A DNA stretch of 64,000 nt from the human T2T-CHM13v2.0 reference genome, Homo sapiens. The notes beneath the pieces are model-generated. The model was not told the DNA's origin, did no database searches, and saw only the letters and a program-made list of their open reading frames with translations. Shown piece by piece: positions 11,473 to 25,480 of this stretch. The translations under genes were made by a program, and so were the position numbers. The stretch lies in assembly GCF_009914755.1 (NCBI RefSeq), contig NC_060927.1. One strand, written 5' to 3'. Each line of letters starts with the position of its first letter. Position 1 is the first letter of the stretch.

Positions 11473-11943
11473 TGTTGAGTGTACAGTTGTATGACTTGGA
11501 AATTTTAATTTTAAAATTATCATTGATAAAATTGACTTTCTTCTCACATGGGGTTACAAGTCTATGAATTTTAACAAATGTGTACTTTCATGTTACCCCC
11601 CACCATAATCAAGATGCAGAACAGTTCCATCACCCTAAAGAATTCCTTGTGCTATCACCTTGTAATTACACCCTCCCCCATCTCTATTCCATCATCTGTT
11701 TTCCATCACTATAATTTTATGTTTTTGATAATGTCCTATAAATAGGCTCCTATGGTATATATCATCTTTTGAGATTGGCTTCATTTACTTGACATAATGC
11801 CTTTGAGATCCATCCAAGTTGTGTATCAAAAGTTTATTCCTTTTCATTGCTGATTTTATTGTATAGGTGTATAGAATTGTATAGGATTTGTATAGGATTT
11901 CATTGTATGGAGGTACAGCAGTTTGTTTATTCATTTGCCTATT

Positions 11944-12455
11944 TGTGGTAGACAGATTAATAGCCCCCTAAAGATGTGTACATCCTTTTCCCCAGAACCT
12001 GTGAATATATTATGTTATATGGCAAGAGGGAATTAAGGTTATAGATGAAAATAAGATTGCTAATCATCTGACCTTAACATGCAGAATTATTATGTATTAG
12101 CCAGGTGGGCCAATGTAATCATAAGAGTTCTTAAATGGAGAAGAGTAAGGCAGAAGGGTCATAACCAAAGAAACGGCATTGTCAGAAACACTTAACTGGC
12201 CACTGCTGACTTTGAAAGTGGAAGGGGGCCATGAGCCAAAGAATGAAGGCAGCCTCTACATACTAGAAAAAGCAAGAAAATTGGTTCCTCCTTAGAGTCT
12301 CCAGAGAGAAATGCAATCCTGACAAAACCTTGATTTTAGTCCAGTGAGACCCATTTCTGCCTTCTGACCCGCTACACTATAAGATAATAAGTGTATGTTA
12401 TTTCAAGCTACTAAATTTGTGGTAATTTGTTACAGCAGAAATAGGAACTAGTATA
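11944..12455 (+). mobile_element. MLT1D-like MaLR LTR
   Basis: Begins tgtggtagacaga..aatagccccc, ends 'gtggtaatttgttacagcag..aactagtata'. 5 bp TSD CTATT on both sides. Confidence 0.85.
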
Positions 12456-12512
12456 CTATTGAAGGTCATTAGGTTATTTTCAGTTTGGGGCAATTATAAA
12501 TAGAGCTTCTAA

Positions 12513-12851
<339 letters not shown>

Positions 12852-13873
12852 AAAATTTCATTTCTTTAGGGAAAACATGGAGGAGTGGGATTGCTAGCTC
12901 ATATGGTAAACGTATGTTTAATTTTGTAAGAAATTGCTAAGAGTGTTTCCAGGGTGCTGCTATTATTTTACATTCCAGTAAGATATGAGAGTTCTGGTTG
13001 CTTTCCAATCCTCATCAAGTAGTATCAGGATTATTTATTTTAGTCAATTAAGTAGTTGTGTAGTAGTTTTAATTTGCATTTCCCTCATGGCTAATGATGT
13101 TGAACATCTTTTCATGTTCCTGTCTGCCAACTTTATATCCTCTTTAGAGAAGTATAAGTCCTTTGCCCATTTTAATAATTGGGTTGTTTGTTTTCCTATT
13201 GCTGAGTTTTTGAGTGTTCTTTACGTATTCTGAATACAAGTCTTTTGTCAGATATATGAATTTCTTTAGCACTTTTGTCAGTAATCAAATGGCAATTTTT
13301 ATAAGGGTCTGGTTTCTGGACTTTCTCATAGATGTGTTCCATTGATCTATATTTCTGTCCCTTTGTCAATACCATACTGTGTTGATTACTATAGCTTTCT
13401 AGTAAGTTGAAATTGGGTAGTATGAGTCCTCCAACTTTATTCTTCTTTATCAATATATTTTTAGCTATTCTACTTCCTTTTCATTTTCTTTATCATATAA
13501 AATTTAAAATCTATTGGTACATATCTACAAAAACATCCTGCTTTTCATCAGTATTATTAAATCTAATGATAATTTTTAGGGAGAATTGACATCTTTACTA
13601 TATTATCTCTCTCCATTTATTTAGATATTCTTTAAGTTCTTATATTAACATTTTTTAGTTTTCAGCATATAAATACTGTACATGTCTTGTTATAGTTCTA
13701 TTTTTTTAAGTTATTATAAATGGTATTTTTTTACCTTTTAGTTTCTGGTTGTACATTACATTGTTAACATATAGAAATACACTTGTATTGTGTGTGTTGG
13801 CTTTATACACTGCAACCTTGCTAAACTCATTCATTAGTTCTAGGGGCTTTTTGTAGATTTTGTGAGATTTTCT

Positions 13874-13935
13874 TTTTTTTATTATTATACTTTAAGTTCT
13901 AGGGTATATGTGCACAACGTGCAGGTAGCATTAGG
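13874..13935 (-). mobile_element. Tiny L1PA 3' tip with internal deletion
   Basis: 'ttattatactttaagttctagggta..gtgcaggt|agcattagg'. TSD agattttgtgag[a/g]ttttct at 13855-13873 and 13936-13954. Confidence 0.85.
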
Positions 13936-15429
13936 AGATTTTGTGAGGTTTTCTACATAGATAATGTTTTCTGTGAATAGAGTTTTACTTCTTTTTAAAT
14001 AACCTGTGTACCTTTTATTTATTTTCCTTGCCTTATTGCACTGGCTAAGATTTTCAGTACAATGTTGAATAGAAGTGGTGAAAGTGAACATTCTTGCCTT
14101 GATCCCAATATTAGAAGAAAAGTATTACATCTTCCACCTTTAGGTGTAATGTTAGTTGTAGGATTTATAAGTGCCTTTTGTCAGGCCGAGGAAGCACCAT
14201 TGTATTCTTAGTTTGCTGGCATTTTTGTCATGAATGGATGTTATATTTTTTCAAATGTTTTTCTGCATCTGTTGATATGATCAGGTAGCTTTTCTTATTT
14301 TATACATTTACTGTGGTAGATTACATTGATTGATTGATTGATTTTCAGATATTGAATCCACCCCTGGCTTCTTGAGATAAATCCCTTTTGGTCTTTGTGT
14401 AGTAATCTTATTATATGTTATTGGATCAATTTGCTAATATTTTGTTGAGGATTTTTGTGTCTATATTCACAGGGGATGTTGGTCTGCAGTTCACTCTCTC
14501 TTGGTGTCTTTGGTTTTGGTATCAAGGTAATTCTGGCCTTGTAAAGTGAATTGTAAAAGATTGCCTCCTTGTCTATTTTCTGAATGAGATTATGTTGAAT
14601 TGCTGATATGTTTTTGTAAGATGTTTGCTAGAATTTACCAGTAAAACCATTTGGACACCGAGATTTATTTTTCCAAATGTTCAAAAATATCTTTAAATTA
14701 TCATACAGTAAAACTGACTTATTTTCTTTTGGAGTACAGTTCTATGAACTTTAAAAATATGTATGAATTTGTTCTTTTTTAGGAATGTTTTAAAATATAA
14801 ATTCAATTTCTTTAGTATTATAGTTATGGGGCTCTGCAGGTTATCTGTTGTGTTCTGGGTGAGTTTTGGTAGTTTGTGGGTTTTGAGGAATTAGTCCATT
14901 CTGCTATTGAGTCTATCCCATGGGGTTTTTATATTGGTTATTACTTATTTTAGTTATATGATTTCCATTTGGTTCTTCTTTGCCATGTACTTGTCACTAG
15001 GTTGCCTGGGGACTAGGGTGAGAGAGAATAGAAGGAAAGAAAATAACTGGGGGCTTTACCCTGTTCTCTCTGTGCTTTAGGATATCTCTTTTCTGCTCTT
15101 TGTCCCTAAATTAGAGAGATTCTCATGGATCTCTCTCTGTCTGCATCACAGGGCTCACTTTTGTGTTTCAGGCTTCAATGAGTTCAGGCCAGATGATACC
15201 AGAGGGGAAAAATGATAAACTCACCACCAGCCAATTTGGTATTATTTTGAATTCTGGTATTCTTTCTTAATATAGCTACAGATATTCACTTTTCAGAGAC
15301 CTTGGATACCTGTGCCATGCAGTTTATCTAGGTTTTATTGTATCTAGTGGGAGAGAAGGGTTGGCATGTGTTTACACCATCTTACCTGGAACCAGAACTC
15401 TGGACATCTGTTTTTGTCACCCAGAATTT

Positions 15430-15960
15430 TCTTCCTCCTTGCAATGGCCCTTCAACTTTCCCTCGACAAAATCTCTTTTTACCTTTCATCCAGGGTACTT
15501 CCAGAAGAGTTGGTCCCACTTATGACTCAGAATGGAGGAAGTATTTCAGGCTGAAAACAATCCACTCAATGCATTTTCTTGAACAAATTGATTTAATAGT
15601 GAACATAAGACTCACTTAGAGCCAATGAGAGAGAACAAGATTCTGCTGAAAATTTAGAGCACTATCACTGGTTCTTCACATCTAGATTTAGACCTAGAAA
15701 CCGTTAGTCCCAGAAGTTACTGGTAGCTATCTTGGGACTATGGAGAAGAGGATTCCCTGAAAGGCAACAACACAGGAAAGGAAGAGCAGAGAAGAGGAAG
15801 GAGAGAGAAACCAAATTCTGGTATCATTTAGGCTTTGGATCAAATGCAATCTGAAGCCAGTTAGGTCTCTCCCCAAACTATCCAGTGACTTGTGCCAATA
15901 TATTCCATTTAACTTACTGCACTGTGAGTTGAGTTTTCTGACCCTTACAATGGAAACATT
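15430..15960 (+). mobile_element. Old MaLR LTR (MLT1J/K/L-like)
   Basis: Degenerate 'tttggatcaaatgcaatctgaagccag...tgagttgagttttctgacccttacaa'. Confidence 0.55.
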
Positions 15961-17930
15961 CCTCCTTTATCAGTTCTGTCATTCTGTATTTCCTCACATA
16001 TTGAAAAATTATAATTAGTTATAATCTGTATCTTCTCTAAAATATTTTGCCTTTGCCTTTTCCTACGTATCTAGACAATTTTGTTTTTCATCTGTCCATT
16101 TAATGTGATGAGATATCGATAAAGCCAGACTTTTCTAGAAACCTCTCTATGATTGAAAATAGGTGTGAGGTATTACCAAATCCCAATAGCTAACAAAAAG
16201 ACATTTTATCTGATGGCTTCTCCACTGTTCCTGATGAAATGTGAAGAGTTGTTATGAAATGGAAGGTGGGGAGATGTTGAAACAGAGATGAATATATAAA
16301 GTTGCAATAAAACCCTGTAAATTTTGATTAAACTATATCCATTTGAGGTAGCCCAGAGACATTTATAACTTTTCTCTCATGAAGAGGTAGGCCTCATGGC
16401 ATCATAAAGTCTAAGATTCTGCAAAATCTGACTGATATCTCTTATCTATATGTTAGCCTGGAGCCCAAAGGACATTGAACCCTCTTGGGAAGAATGTGGT
16501 AACAAAGTGCTCAATATCATGTGATATAATAAAATGGCTCTTGTTTGAAGCCACAAGTTTTGGGGGTAGTTTATTACACAGCAGTAAGTAACTGAAACAC
16601 AAACTCTATTATGTCTCCAAGAGTTGCTATGCTATGTCATTGCCAGAATCTCTTTACTTTGTGGATCTTTCCAGATTCTAGACTTCTAACTTCTTCCTTC
16701 AGCCTATTTTCCACAGTTAATTGACATATTTTATTTTTTAAAAAGTACAATTCACATATATCTTGAAAAAAATGATAGTTACTATAATCTACTTAAAATA
16801 GACAATTCAGCTCTTGGGAAAGTGGCCACTGTAGGCTTAGCAGTGGTTGGGATAGGAAAGGCTGCTCTTGGGTTTGCTTATGCAAAGTTTGAAAAGGTGG
16901 CTTATTATTTTCTCAGTCAGTATTTGACTGGATCAGGAAATGTCTAATCTTAGAAAGAAATCCTGATGTACTATATTTTAAGGTTGCCTGGTTCTGGAGT
17001 CTATAATAACAGAGTCCTGACCTATGGGCCTGATGAACTGCCTCATGAATACCCCACCAGGGATAAATGGCACATACATATATACAAGAAGAATGGGAAC
17101 TAATTCTCTCAGAAAGAACTTTTTTTTATAAGCCTAAACTAGAGAAAACTGCCCATATAACTCAAGTAATCTCTCTTGGAAACTAGTAAACTAACATAAT
17201 ATTTTGAGAACGCCTAAAATTGCAATAGTTGACCCATAAGTCTTTAGGGGTTTAGGGACCGCTTTGGTCCCCAGGAGTGTCCACAAAGATCTCCTCACAA
17301 TATGCAGTCTACCTAGACAATGCTTCACCACTGAGGCCCTAGATCTCTACTCCATGTTTCTCCTATTAAAGTATATCTTCTTTGTGTTCCATTCGCTCTC
17401 AGCTGGTCTACTAGAACACTTTCCGATGTGTGAACCTCTTCTAAGAATGAACTGTTGACTTTTGAATGTATGAGATTAGACCATACCAGTAGACACAATG
17501 CAACTAGTTAGCTCAATTATTGCAGAGTCTCATGATCAGCCTTGATTGAGTGTTTGATAAATCTTAATGATAAGCAGTAGTGTCATGCAAAGACCAACTG
17601 AATTCTCAGACTTTTTTGACATCCAGCAAGAAACAAGATATTTGGTAAAATTGTGTAGTTGGAGGAATGTCATGACTCTGATCTTGGCAAGTGTCTGTGA
17701 CTTATCATTTCTCTTAGGAACTAAGCAGGGATATTTAAAAATATATCACCTATTGTTAATTTCTGACTCTAACACATTTTCACTGTAGAAAATTGGGACA
17801 TACAAGAAGGAATAAAGAAGAAAATAAAAACTAGCCATATTTCTACTACCCAGATATAATCACTGTTAACCTTTTGTTTCATTTCAGCTAAATAAAGTAT
17901 AAAAATATTTTACAAAACATTTAGATAATT

Positions 17931-18030
17931 GTGTATACATATGTGTATATGTTTTTATATATGTATACATACACACATACATATTATTGGGTGTGTGTGT
18001 GCGTGCATGCGTGTGTGTGTGCACATATGT
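17931..18030. repeat. Mixed (TA)/(TG)/(CA) simple repeat
   Basis: Direct reading. Confidence 0.85.
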
Positions 18031-18328
18031 ATAGTTTTGTTTCTAAGCAGGAAATTTTCAAAGGACTAGTTAAACTTTTGTCCTACTTCTTCTGTCTGAA
18101 AGTAGATTACGTCAACAAATGAGATTAAACTCTTCCTGATTTGTCTTGCCTTCCAGTGGGAGAATGTTATTTTTAAACCAGAAAGCAACTGGGATACTTA
18201 AATAATGATAACAACAACAAACAAGAAGGTCAATCTTCAGACCTTCATATAAGCTCCACCGTATCTCTGGATGCATACAAATTACTCAAGGGCTGTGGTC
18301 ATGTTTAAAAAACGATTTAAGGTTTATG

Positions 18329-18510
18329 ACCAGCCTGGGCAAAATAGTAAAACTCTGTCTCTACAGAAAATTTTTTAAAACATTAGCCAGGCATGGTGGT
18401 GCATGCCTGTAGTCCTAGCTACTAGGGAGGCTGAGGCAGGAGGATTGCTTGAGCCCATGAGTGCCTGGAGACAGAGCAAGACCCCATCTCTAAAAAAATA
18501 ATAACAACAA
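18329..18510 (+). mobile_element. Partial AluJ
   Basis: 'ggaggattgcttgagccc'; 5' truncated and internally deleted. Confidence 0.85.
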
Positions 18511-18537
18511 TTTAAGCAACAATTTCTTCTCTGGGAG

Positions 18538-18603
18538 CATTTAAAAATTGGTTGGGAAGAATGATTCACACATTTAAAAATTGGTTGAGAAGAATGATTC
18601 ACA
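18538..18603. repeat. 33 bp tandem duplication
   Basis: catttaaaaattggttg[g/a]gaagaatgattcaca x2. Confidence 0.95.
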
Positions 18604-18829
18604 CATATTGAGCAATTTGAGAGTAGTAGAAGATGGTTTATGTTTAGGTGGTGAAGAGATGTGAGGTTCAATGACCACAAGTATTTCAAGGGTTCCTGGA
18701 GAAAGTGGAGTTTGAGATAAGCTTTGGGTTATAGATACAAAAGAAAAAGGGAGGGACTTTTTCCACTTCTTTAACTGCAGCATGGACAAATGCTTGGGAG
18801 CAGGAATAAGCTTGACATTGGAAAAGGCG

Positions 18830-19040
18830 TGGCTCTAAGCATATGAGCTAGAGTCAGGCAGACATAGGTCTGAGTCTGTCTCTGCTACTTGTTAGACTGA
18901 TGGCCTTGGCACTTCTCTCTATCCTTTCCTAGGCCTCCGATTCTTTATCTCAAAGTAGGGGAAAGTAGCATCTGCCTCAATGGACTATTTTGAATATTGA
19001 GTGGGAAATGTGTATAAAGTGCTTAGCACAGTACTTTATG
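18830..19040 (+). mobile_element. MIR
   Basis: 'agagtcaggcagacataggtctgag...aaatgtgtataaagtgcttagcacagt'. Confidence 0.8.
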
Positions 19041-19042
19041 CA

Positions 19043-19426
19043 TGTGATTGTTAATACTGAATGTCAACTTGACTGGATTGAAGGATACAAAGTATTGATT
19101 CCAGGTGTGTCTGTGAGGGTGTTGCCAAAGGAGATTAACTGTTTGAGTCAGTGGGCTGGGAAAAGGTGCCTACTCTTACTCTGGGTGGGCACAATCTAAT
19201 CAGCTGCTAGCATGGCTAGAATATAAGCAAGCAGAAAAATGGGAAAAGTGAGACTGGCCTAGCCTCCCAGCCTACATGGGCTAGTAATGGAAGGCCCGTG
19301 TGTATATATATATATATATATATATTCCATTAGTTCTGTCCCTCTAGAGAACCCTAATACAATACTCTCTCTATATATATGTACATTCCATTAGTTTTGT
19401 CCCTCTAGAGAACCCTAACTAATACA
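19043..19426 (+). mobile_element. MLT2A1/A2 (HERV-L) solo LTR with internal deletion and duplicated 3' tip
   Basis: Starts 'tgtgattgttaatactgaatgtcaacttga', ends 'gagaaccctaactaataca'. TSD ATG[C/T]A. Confidence 0.9.
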
Positions 19427-19763
19427 ATGTATAAGAAGCATTAAAAAACTACTGACCAATAATGGTGATAAATAATCATCAAAAATGGCAACTGGTTCAT
19501 GAGGTGACCTAGAAATGTGGCAATCTATGAGACGCTAGTAGCTTGGTATTCCAGGAAAAGCTTCTAGAATTCAAAAACAGGAAGTAATAAAGATTTCAGA
19601 CAGAAGGCCACGCCTCATATATATCCAGTGTTTCAATCATGTTACACATAGGTCTCAAATCTGTTCACCTGCTCAGGAAGGCTCTGAGGTGTTCTGCTGA
19701 TGGGAAACCATCTGGAGTCTTTCAGGGGAAGGCTGCCCGCACCCATTTTCTGTTGGTCTAGTG

Positions 19764-19989
19764 CAAGGATTGACAGATTTTGTTCTTTTTTTCTGTGAAG
19801 GACCAGACAGTAAATATTTTAGGTTTTGTGGGCCATACAGTCTGTGTTACAGCTCCTCAATCCTGACATTGTAGTGTGAAAGCAATAGACAATATATAAG
19901 TGCCTGGGTGTGGTTATGTTCCAGTAAAACTTTATTTATAAAACCAGGTGGCAGATTTGCCCTTATGGGCTATACTTTGCCCACTCCTG
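19764..19989 (+). mobile_element. MER58A-like hAT-Charlie MITE
   Basis: 'ttttctgtgaaggaccagacagtaaatattttagg...gttccagtaaaactttattta'. 8 bp TSD gtctag[t/a]g. Confidence 0.85.
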
Positions 19990-21409
19990 GTCTAGAGTTT
20001 AACTCTCAGAAGACAATCTGAATTTTTAGTAGGTATGAATTTGTTCCGCAACACCTAGATTCAAAATACATCATAATATTTTCTTTTTATTTTTTAAAAT
20101 TAAAATTTCAAATTTAAAAATTTAAATTATAAAACAATTCAAACATCTTTACATTTTTCTAAATAAAAATTATTCTTGCTTGGGCCATACTCCCCATGGA
20201 TGGTTACAAATTCAACTTAGTAACGTTTTCAGGACAAACCCCTACTCTCCCTGGGGTCATATTGATAACCTATAGCATTTACATGACTGTAGGGGAGGAA
20301 TGAGGACTTGACTCTCTTCTTGGTGGTCACCTTTGTTACTGTTACCTGAAATCCATAACTGCTTCTTCCACGATGCTCTAACATAGGACTCTTCTTGCAG
20401 ACTGAAGCTCTGTCATGTCTCTTTTCGTGTTAGGCACTTAGTGCCCCGGACCCAAGGACATCCCTCAACCATCCTCCCTCTGAGGTATGGGTTTATCTGC
20501 CATTTGTAGGAATCCCCTAAGCTACCCTTTCTGTTATCAGAGAACCTCCCTCTGGTGGTTGTGCCATCCTTTCTTCTGTTTCACCTAACTCAAAGCACCA
20601 GGCTTCAACCATTCCCTTCTGGGACAATGCACTTCCATTTTCCTCATAAGAAGCATCTGATTTCCATCAGGTGGGGTTGGAGGTGGTAAAGGTGATGGTA
20701 AGAAAGGCTCAAACTTCTTAGAAACACAATAGTTTGGTGAAGTGGGAATTGGAGAGAGGGTTGCTTCCTTCTGCCCTAATGAATTAACAAGAACAATGTA
20801 AAGCAAAACAAAACAAACACAAGCCACCAGTTAGGTTTTTCTCTGAACTCCCAGGTCTTGGGAGGGGTATCTCATTGTGGTTTCCAAGTCCTGGCAATGT
20901 CCAGAATTGGACTATATGCCAAGGAAATGCCACAGAGGCTTTCAGAAAACTGTCAGTTTTGTTGGAGAAAGGGAGCTCACACACAAGGCAGACTCTTTCA
21001 CCAAGTGTTTCAGGGGAAGGAGTTGTTAGACCCGTGATTAAGGCATAGTCCCAATTCTCAAAGAACTTATAACAAGACATGCACCCAAGACAGTCAAAAG
21101 GCCGTACAGTTCAGTGGGTATGTGATTGAATGGGGAGAGACAGCTATGTCTGCCCTGAACTTGGAAAGCTATTCTAAAAACCACCCCGGAAGGGAAATGT
21201 GGTTCCTACAGCTGTTCTCAAATTGCCACTTTGCTCTGATGACCTCTTTATGATCTAGAGACAATCTGCCTGAGAGACTTTGCATGTTTTTCACTGAGTA
21301 ATGTGACAGGTGCTACCACAGTCTGAAAGGACAGAACAGCAGCTGACAAAGGGGCAAAGAATCCGTGGCTAGGCTTGGCTTTGTCTATTTGATACGTGTT
21401 TTATTTGTG

Positions 21410-21750
21410 GTGGGGGCTGAGGGAGGGGGTGAGGTTGGTCAAGGGATACATTTCCATTAGATAGAAAGAATTGAGAGATCTATTGTACAACATGGTGACT
21501 ACAGTTAGTAACAATGTATTGTATTCTTGAAAATTGTGAAGAGAGTAGATTTTAAGTGTCCTCACCAACAAAAAAAAAGTTATGTGACTTCACATAAGTA
21601 ATTCACATATGTATTACTTAATACATATGTTAATTAGCTCAATGTAGCCATTCCACAGTATTTACATATTTCAAAGCAACATGTTGTACATAAATATATA
21701 CAATTTTTATTTGCCAATTTAAAAATTAATTAAGTTTTAAAAAGAGAAAA
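21410..21750 (+). mobile_element. L1MA-type 3' end
   Basis: 'gagatctattgtacaacatggtgactacagtt..gagagtagattttaagtgt'. Confidence 0.8.
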
Positions 21751-21774
21751 TATATATGATTTTGTTTCATCTCA

Positions 21775-22380
<606 letters not shown>

Positions 22381-22902
22381 TCTGGCCTTTTCCTTCTCAA
22401 ATGTATTTCTAAAGAATAAACAACCTGTAATAGGATTGCAGGCCAGCCTCTAATAAATGAAACACTAATGAATAGATGAGGCAACCCTTAAAAACTTAAA
22501 GGAGGTAATTCTAAGACGTGTTGAAAATAGTGTTGTCTTACACAGCAAGTACGAAGCATATGGAACTTACTATCCCAGGACCTGTCTAAGCCAAAAATGT
22601 AAATAGGCTCAAGGAGAGGTGAAGTAATATTCTGAGTGGTAGGACTTAAAGTGAGGACATGCCAAACTTCTGAGGGCACAGAAAGCAGCTGCTGTTTCTG
22701 TTTTACCCCCCTGGTGCCAGTGTTAGAGAGAGCAGGCTGAATTAAACATGAGCTGGTCTTTAGCAGAAATCTGTTTGGGTAGAGCTTAAAGAAGTGGGTG
22801 CTTTGATGGCTGACGCTTTCTAGAACTCATAGCTGGAGGTCTTTGACCTCTTCATTGTGGGTTAAATCCGACACATACCTGCCCAGGGACAGTGTTCAGT
22901 AA

Positions 22903-23190
22903 TTTTTTTTTTAATTTCATTTTTTAAATTCAAAAATCATAATTGTGCAGATTCATGGAATATACAGTGACATTTTCATACATATATTGTGGAGTGATCA
23001 GATTAGGATAATTAGCCTACGTATCATCTCAAACATTTCTCATTTCTCTGTGTTGGGAACATTCAATATCCTCCTTCTAGCTGTTTGAAACTATATAGTA
23101 TTGTTAACTGTAGCTATCCTACAGTGCTACAAAACACTAGAACTTAATCCTTTTATCTAGCTGTAGTTTTGTATCTTTTAACAGAATCTA
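22903..23190 (-). mobile_element. L1MA-type 3' end
   Basis: Poly(T), then 'gtgttgggaacattcaatatcctccttctagct'. Confidence 0.8.
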
Positions 23191-23389
23191 AGGTTTTGCT
23201 GAGTAAAAGAGATTTCCAAACTCTTGGACCCATCTTGACCCCAAGGTAGTGAAAGGAGCCATTTTTCAGGAGTTTGGATGGTGGCAGCAATGTTTTTGAT
23301 GGTCTGGCCCACAGCCATACTAATTCTTCTGCTGACATGGCCCTGAGTTGTGAGTTCGTTTGGGTATCAGGGCAAGTATTCCCAGGGCT

Positions 23390-23812
23390 TGCTTCATGAT
23401 TGGTCTAAGCAACTGTGTTCATCTCATTCCCCTTTCCAGTAATTGGTTTAGTCATAGTTACATGACCCAATTCTGGCCATGGGGACATGAGGAATTCAAC
23501 AGGGAAGCTTTTAGAAAAGATTTTTTTCTCTCAGGTTTAAAAATAAAAAAATACATGTAAGAAGTTGTTTTAGTCCTTCCTACTTTCAATACTATCATGT
23601 GAGGATGTGATTCACAGAACTACTACAGCTTTCTTGTGAACATGAGGGAAACTAAGAAGTTCAGCCAGAGTCCTGACATTGGTGAGCTACGGAGACAGCT
23701 TTAGGTCAGTATTCTTCCGGGCTTTGTATGTGAGATTGCTAATTAGCCCTATTGTTTAAGGCAACTTTAATTAGGTATTCTGCTACTTGCAGTCAAAAGC
23801 ATCCTAACTGAT
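23390..23812 (+). mobile_element. MLT1I/J-like MaLR LTR
   Basis: 'catgacccaattctggcca'; 3' end 'ttctgctacttgcagtcaaaagcatcctaactgat'. Confidence 0.7.
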
Positions 23813-23819
23813 GTGATTA

Positions 23820-23910
23820 GTATGTGTGTTTTGTTCACCACCAATGCCTAGCACAGGGCCTGACATATGGCTAGAAGCTCAATAATTGTTTTTTGAATTA
23901 GTGAATGATA
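23820..23910 (+). mobile_element. L2 3' end remnant
   Basis: 'tgcctagcacagggcctgacata..gctcaataattg..tgaatga'. Confidence 0.7.
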
Positions 23911-24060
23911 GCACTGTTCAATCTTACTGCTGGGTCTACTCTGGCTATGTTCTGGCTCTGGTAGAGCAATTCCAGATAGGTCCCAGGAGGCTATCTGAGC
24001 CTGAGTAACCTGCCTGGAGTCTCAGCACTTGGCTGCTGAGTCTTTTTTTGTTCTTGACAG

Positions 24061-24330
24061 GTTTTCCAGGGTTGGAATTATGCCCCTGGCCAGTGGTGAC
24101 TGATAGTTCTCCCTGAGACCAACCTCTGCCCAGACTGTGAAAGGACAACTTGCATATCTTCTGTTGCTGAGTTCCTTCTGGAGAGAAACTACGGTTACCT
24201 TCTGTTGAGCTGCCTCGCCATAGATCTCCTGCCTCGATTGCCAGGTTTGTCTGTTCGCATACCTCTGGAAACTGTATTTCTCCTGTTTGCCTGAAGAGCC
24301 CGGCCCCCGATCTGTATCTTGTCCAGGACT
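24061..24330 (+). ncRNA. Candidate 270 nt non-coding exon
   Basis: Acceptor tctttttttgttcttgacAG ending at 24060 and donor GTAAGT at 24331. Stops in all three + frames. Confidence 0.35.
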
Positions 24331-24779
24331 GTAAGTGCTCACTGCTCCTGGAAGGTGTGATTTGTTCCCAGCACCCAAACCCTGGTCTGGTTTGGTCTAT
24401 CACAGACTTCCTGAGCTCTGGAAGGAAGGCTTTCCTCCTGATATACTCAGAAGCCATTTCTGTCTTATTATCATCATCTGACAGAGTTTGGTCTGAAGCT
24501 AATGAACAATGACAACAATTGCTTCTTCTGCAGGCTAGGAAGCCTCACCTGCAATTGTGAAATGTCAAGCAGAAGTTGAGGTAAAAGAGGAACAAGAAAA
24601 TTTTCTTCTGCCCATTGTACACTTCTAAGATTAAAGAAAGAGTCTAAAGCTTTTTGAAACCTCTGTACAAGGACATTTCAACCTCATTGTTTACAAAATC
24701 AAAGAAAGTAAACTAATTTTCATTCCTCAGATTCTTGAGAATTAGAAATGGTGAAGTTTTTTGGTAAATATGGCCAGCC

Positions 24780-25157
24780 AAAAAGGAAGTCTACTCAAAT
24801 GCCCACTACGAGTAGAATGGTAATTCAGCTGTGGTGTATTTGTCCAATAGAACACTGCCTCAGTGAGAGTGAATAGTCTCCAAACACATGGATAAGTTTC
24901 AAAATATAATACGGAGTTAAAGAAATCAGATGCATACACAGTGTATGATTCAATTTATTTAAAGTTCAAAACAGGTAAATTTAATGCGTGGTATTAAAAA
25001 TCAGGATGGTGGCTACCCTTGTGGCAATGGGGGCTGCCAGAAGGGAACAGAAGATGGGCTTTTGAGATTCTGGTCATGTTCTACTTTTTGATCTGGGAGC
25101 TGGTTACACATGGTTAGTTTGCAAAAATTCAATAAGCTGTCCACGTATAATATGAGC

Positions 25158-25255
<98 letters not shown>

Positions 25256-25290
25256 TATACTTCAATTAAAAGTTAAAAATAATTACATGG
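24780..25290 (+). mobile_element. L1ME-type 3' remnant containing a (CT)n(AT)n(GT)n microsatellite (25160-25250)
   Basis: 'tgtatgattcaatttatttaaagttcaaaacagg', 'tttttgatctgggagctggttacaca', 'tatgttatacttcaatt'. Confidence 0.75.
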
Positions 25291-25359
25291 CCATGGAAAC
25301 AAGCCTTGGATCAGAAACAAGCAAAGATTCACAGAATCCTAGTGCCAAAAATGAGCTCC

Positions 25360-25480
25360 CTCATTTTACAGAGGGGAATACTAAGTGGTCAGGAAGTCCA
25401 GTGAGTCACCCAAAGTCACACTAATGAGCCAGTGGTCAAGCCAGACATGGAGCCCGTGTCTGATTCTAGCCCAGGGCTCT
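25360..25480 (-). mobile_element. MIR remnant
   Basis: 'cattttacagaggggaatactaag...cccaaagtcacac'. Confidence 0.65.
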
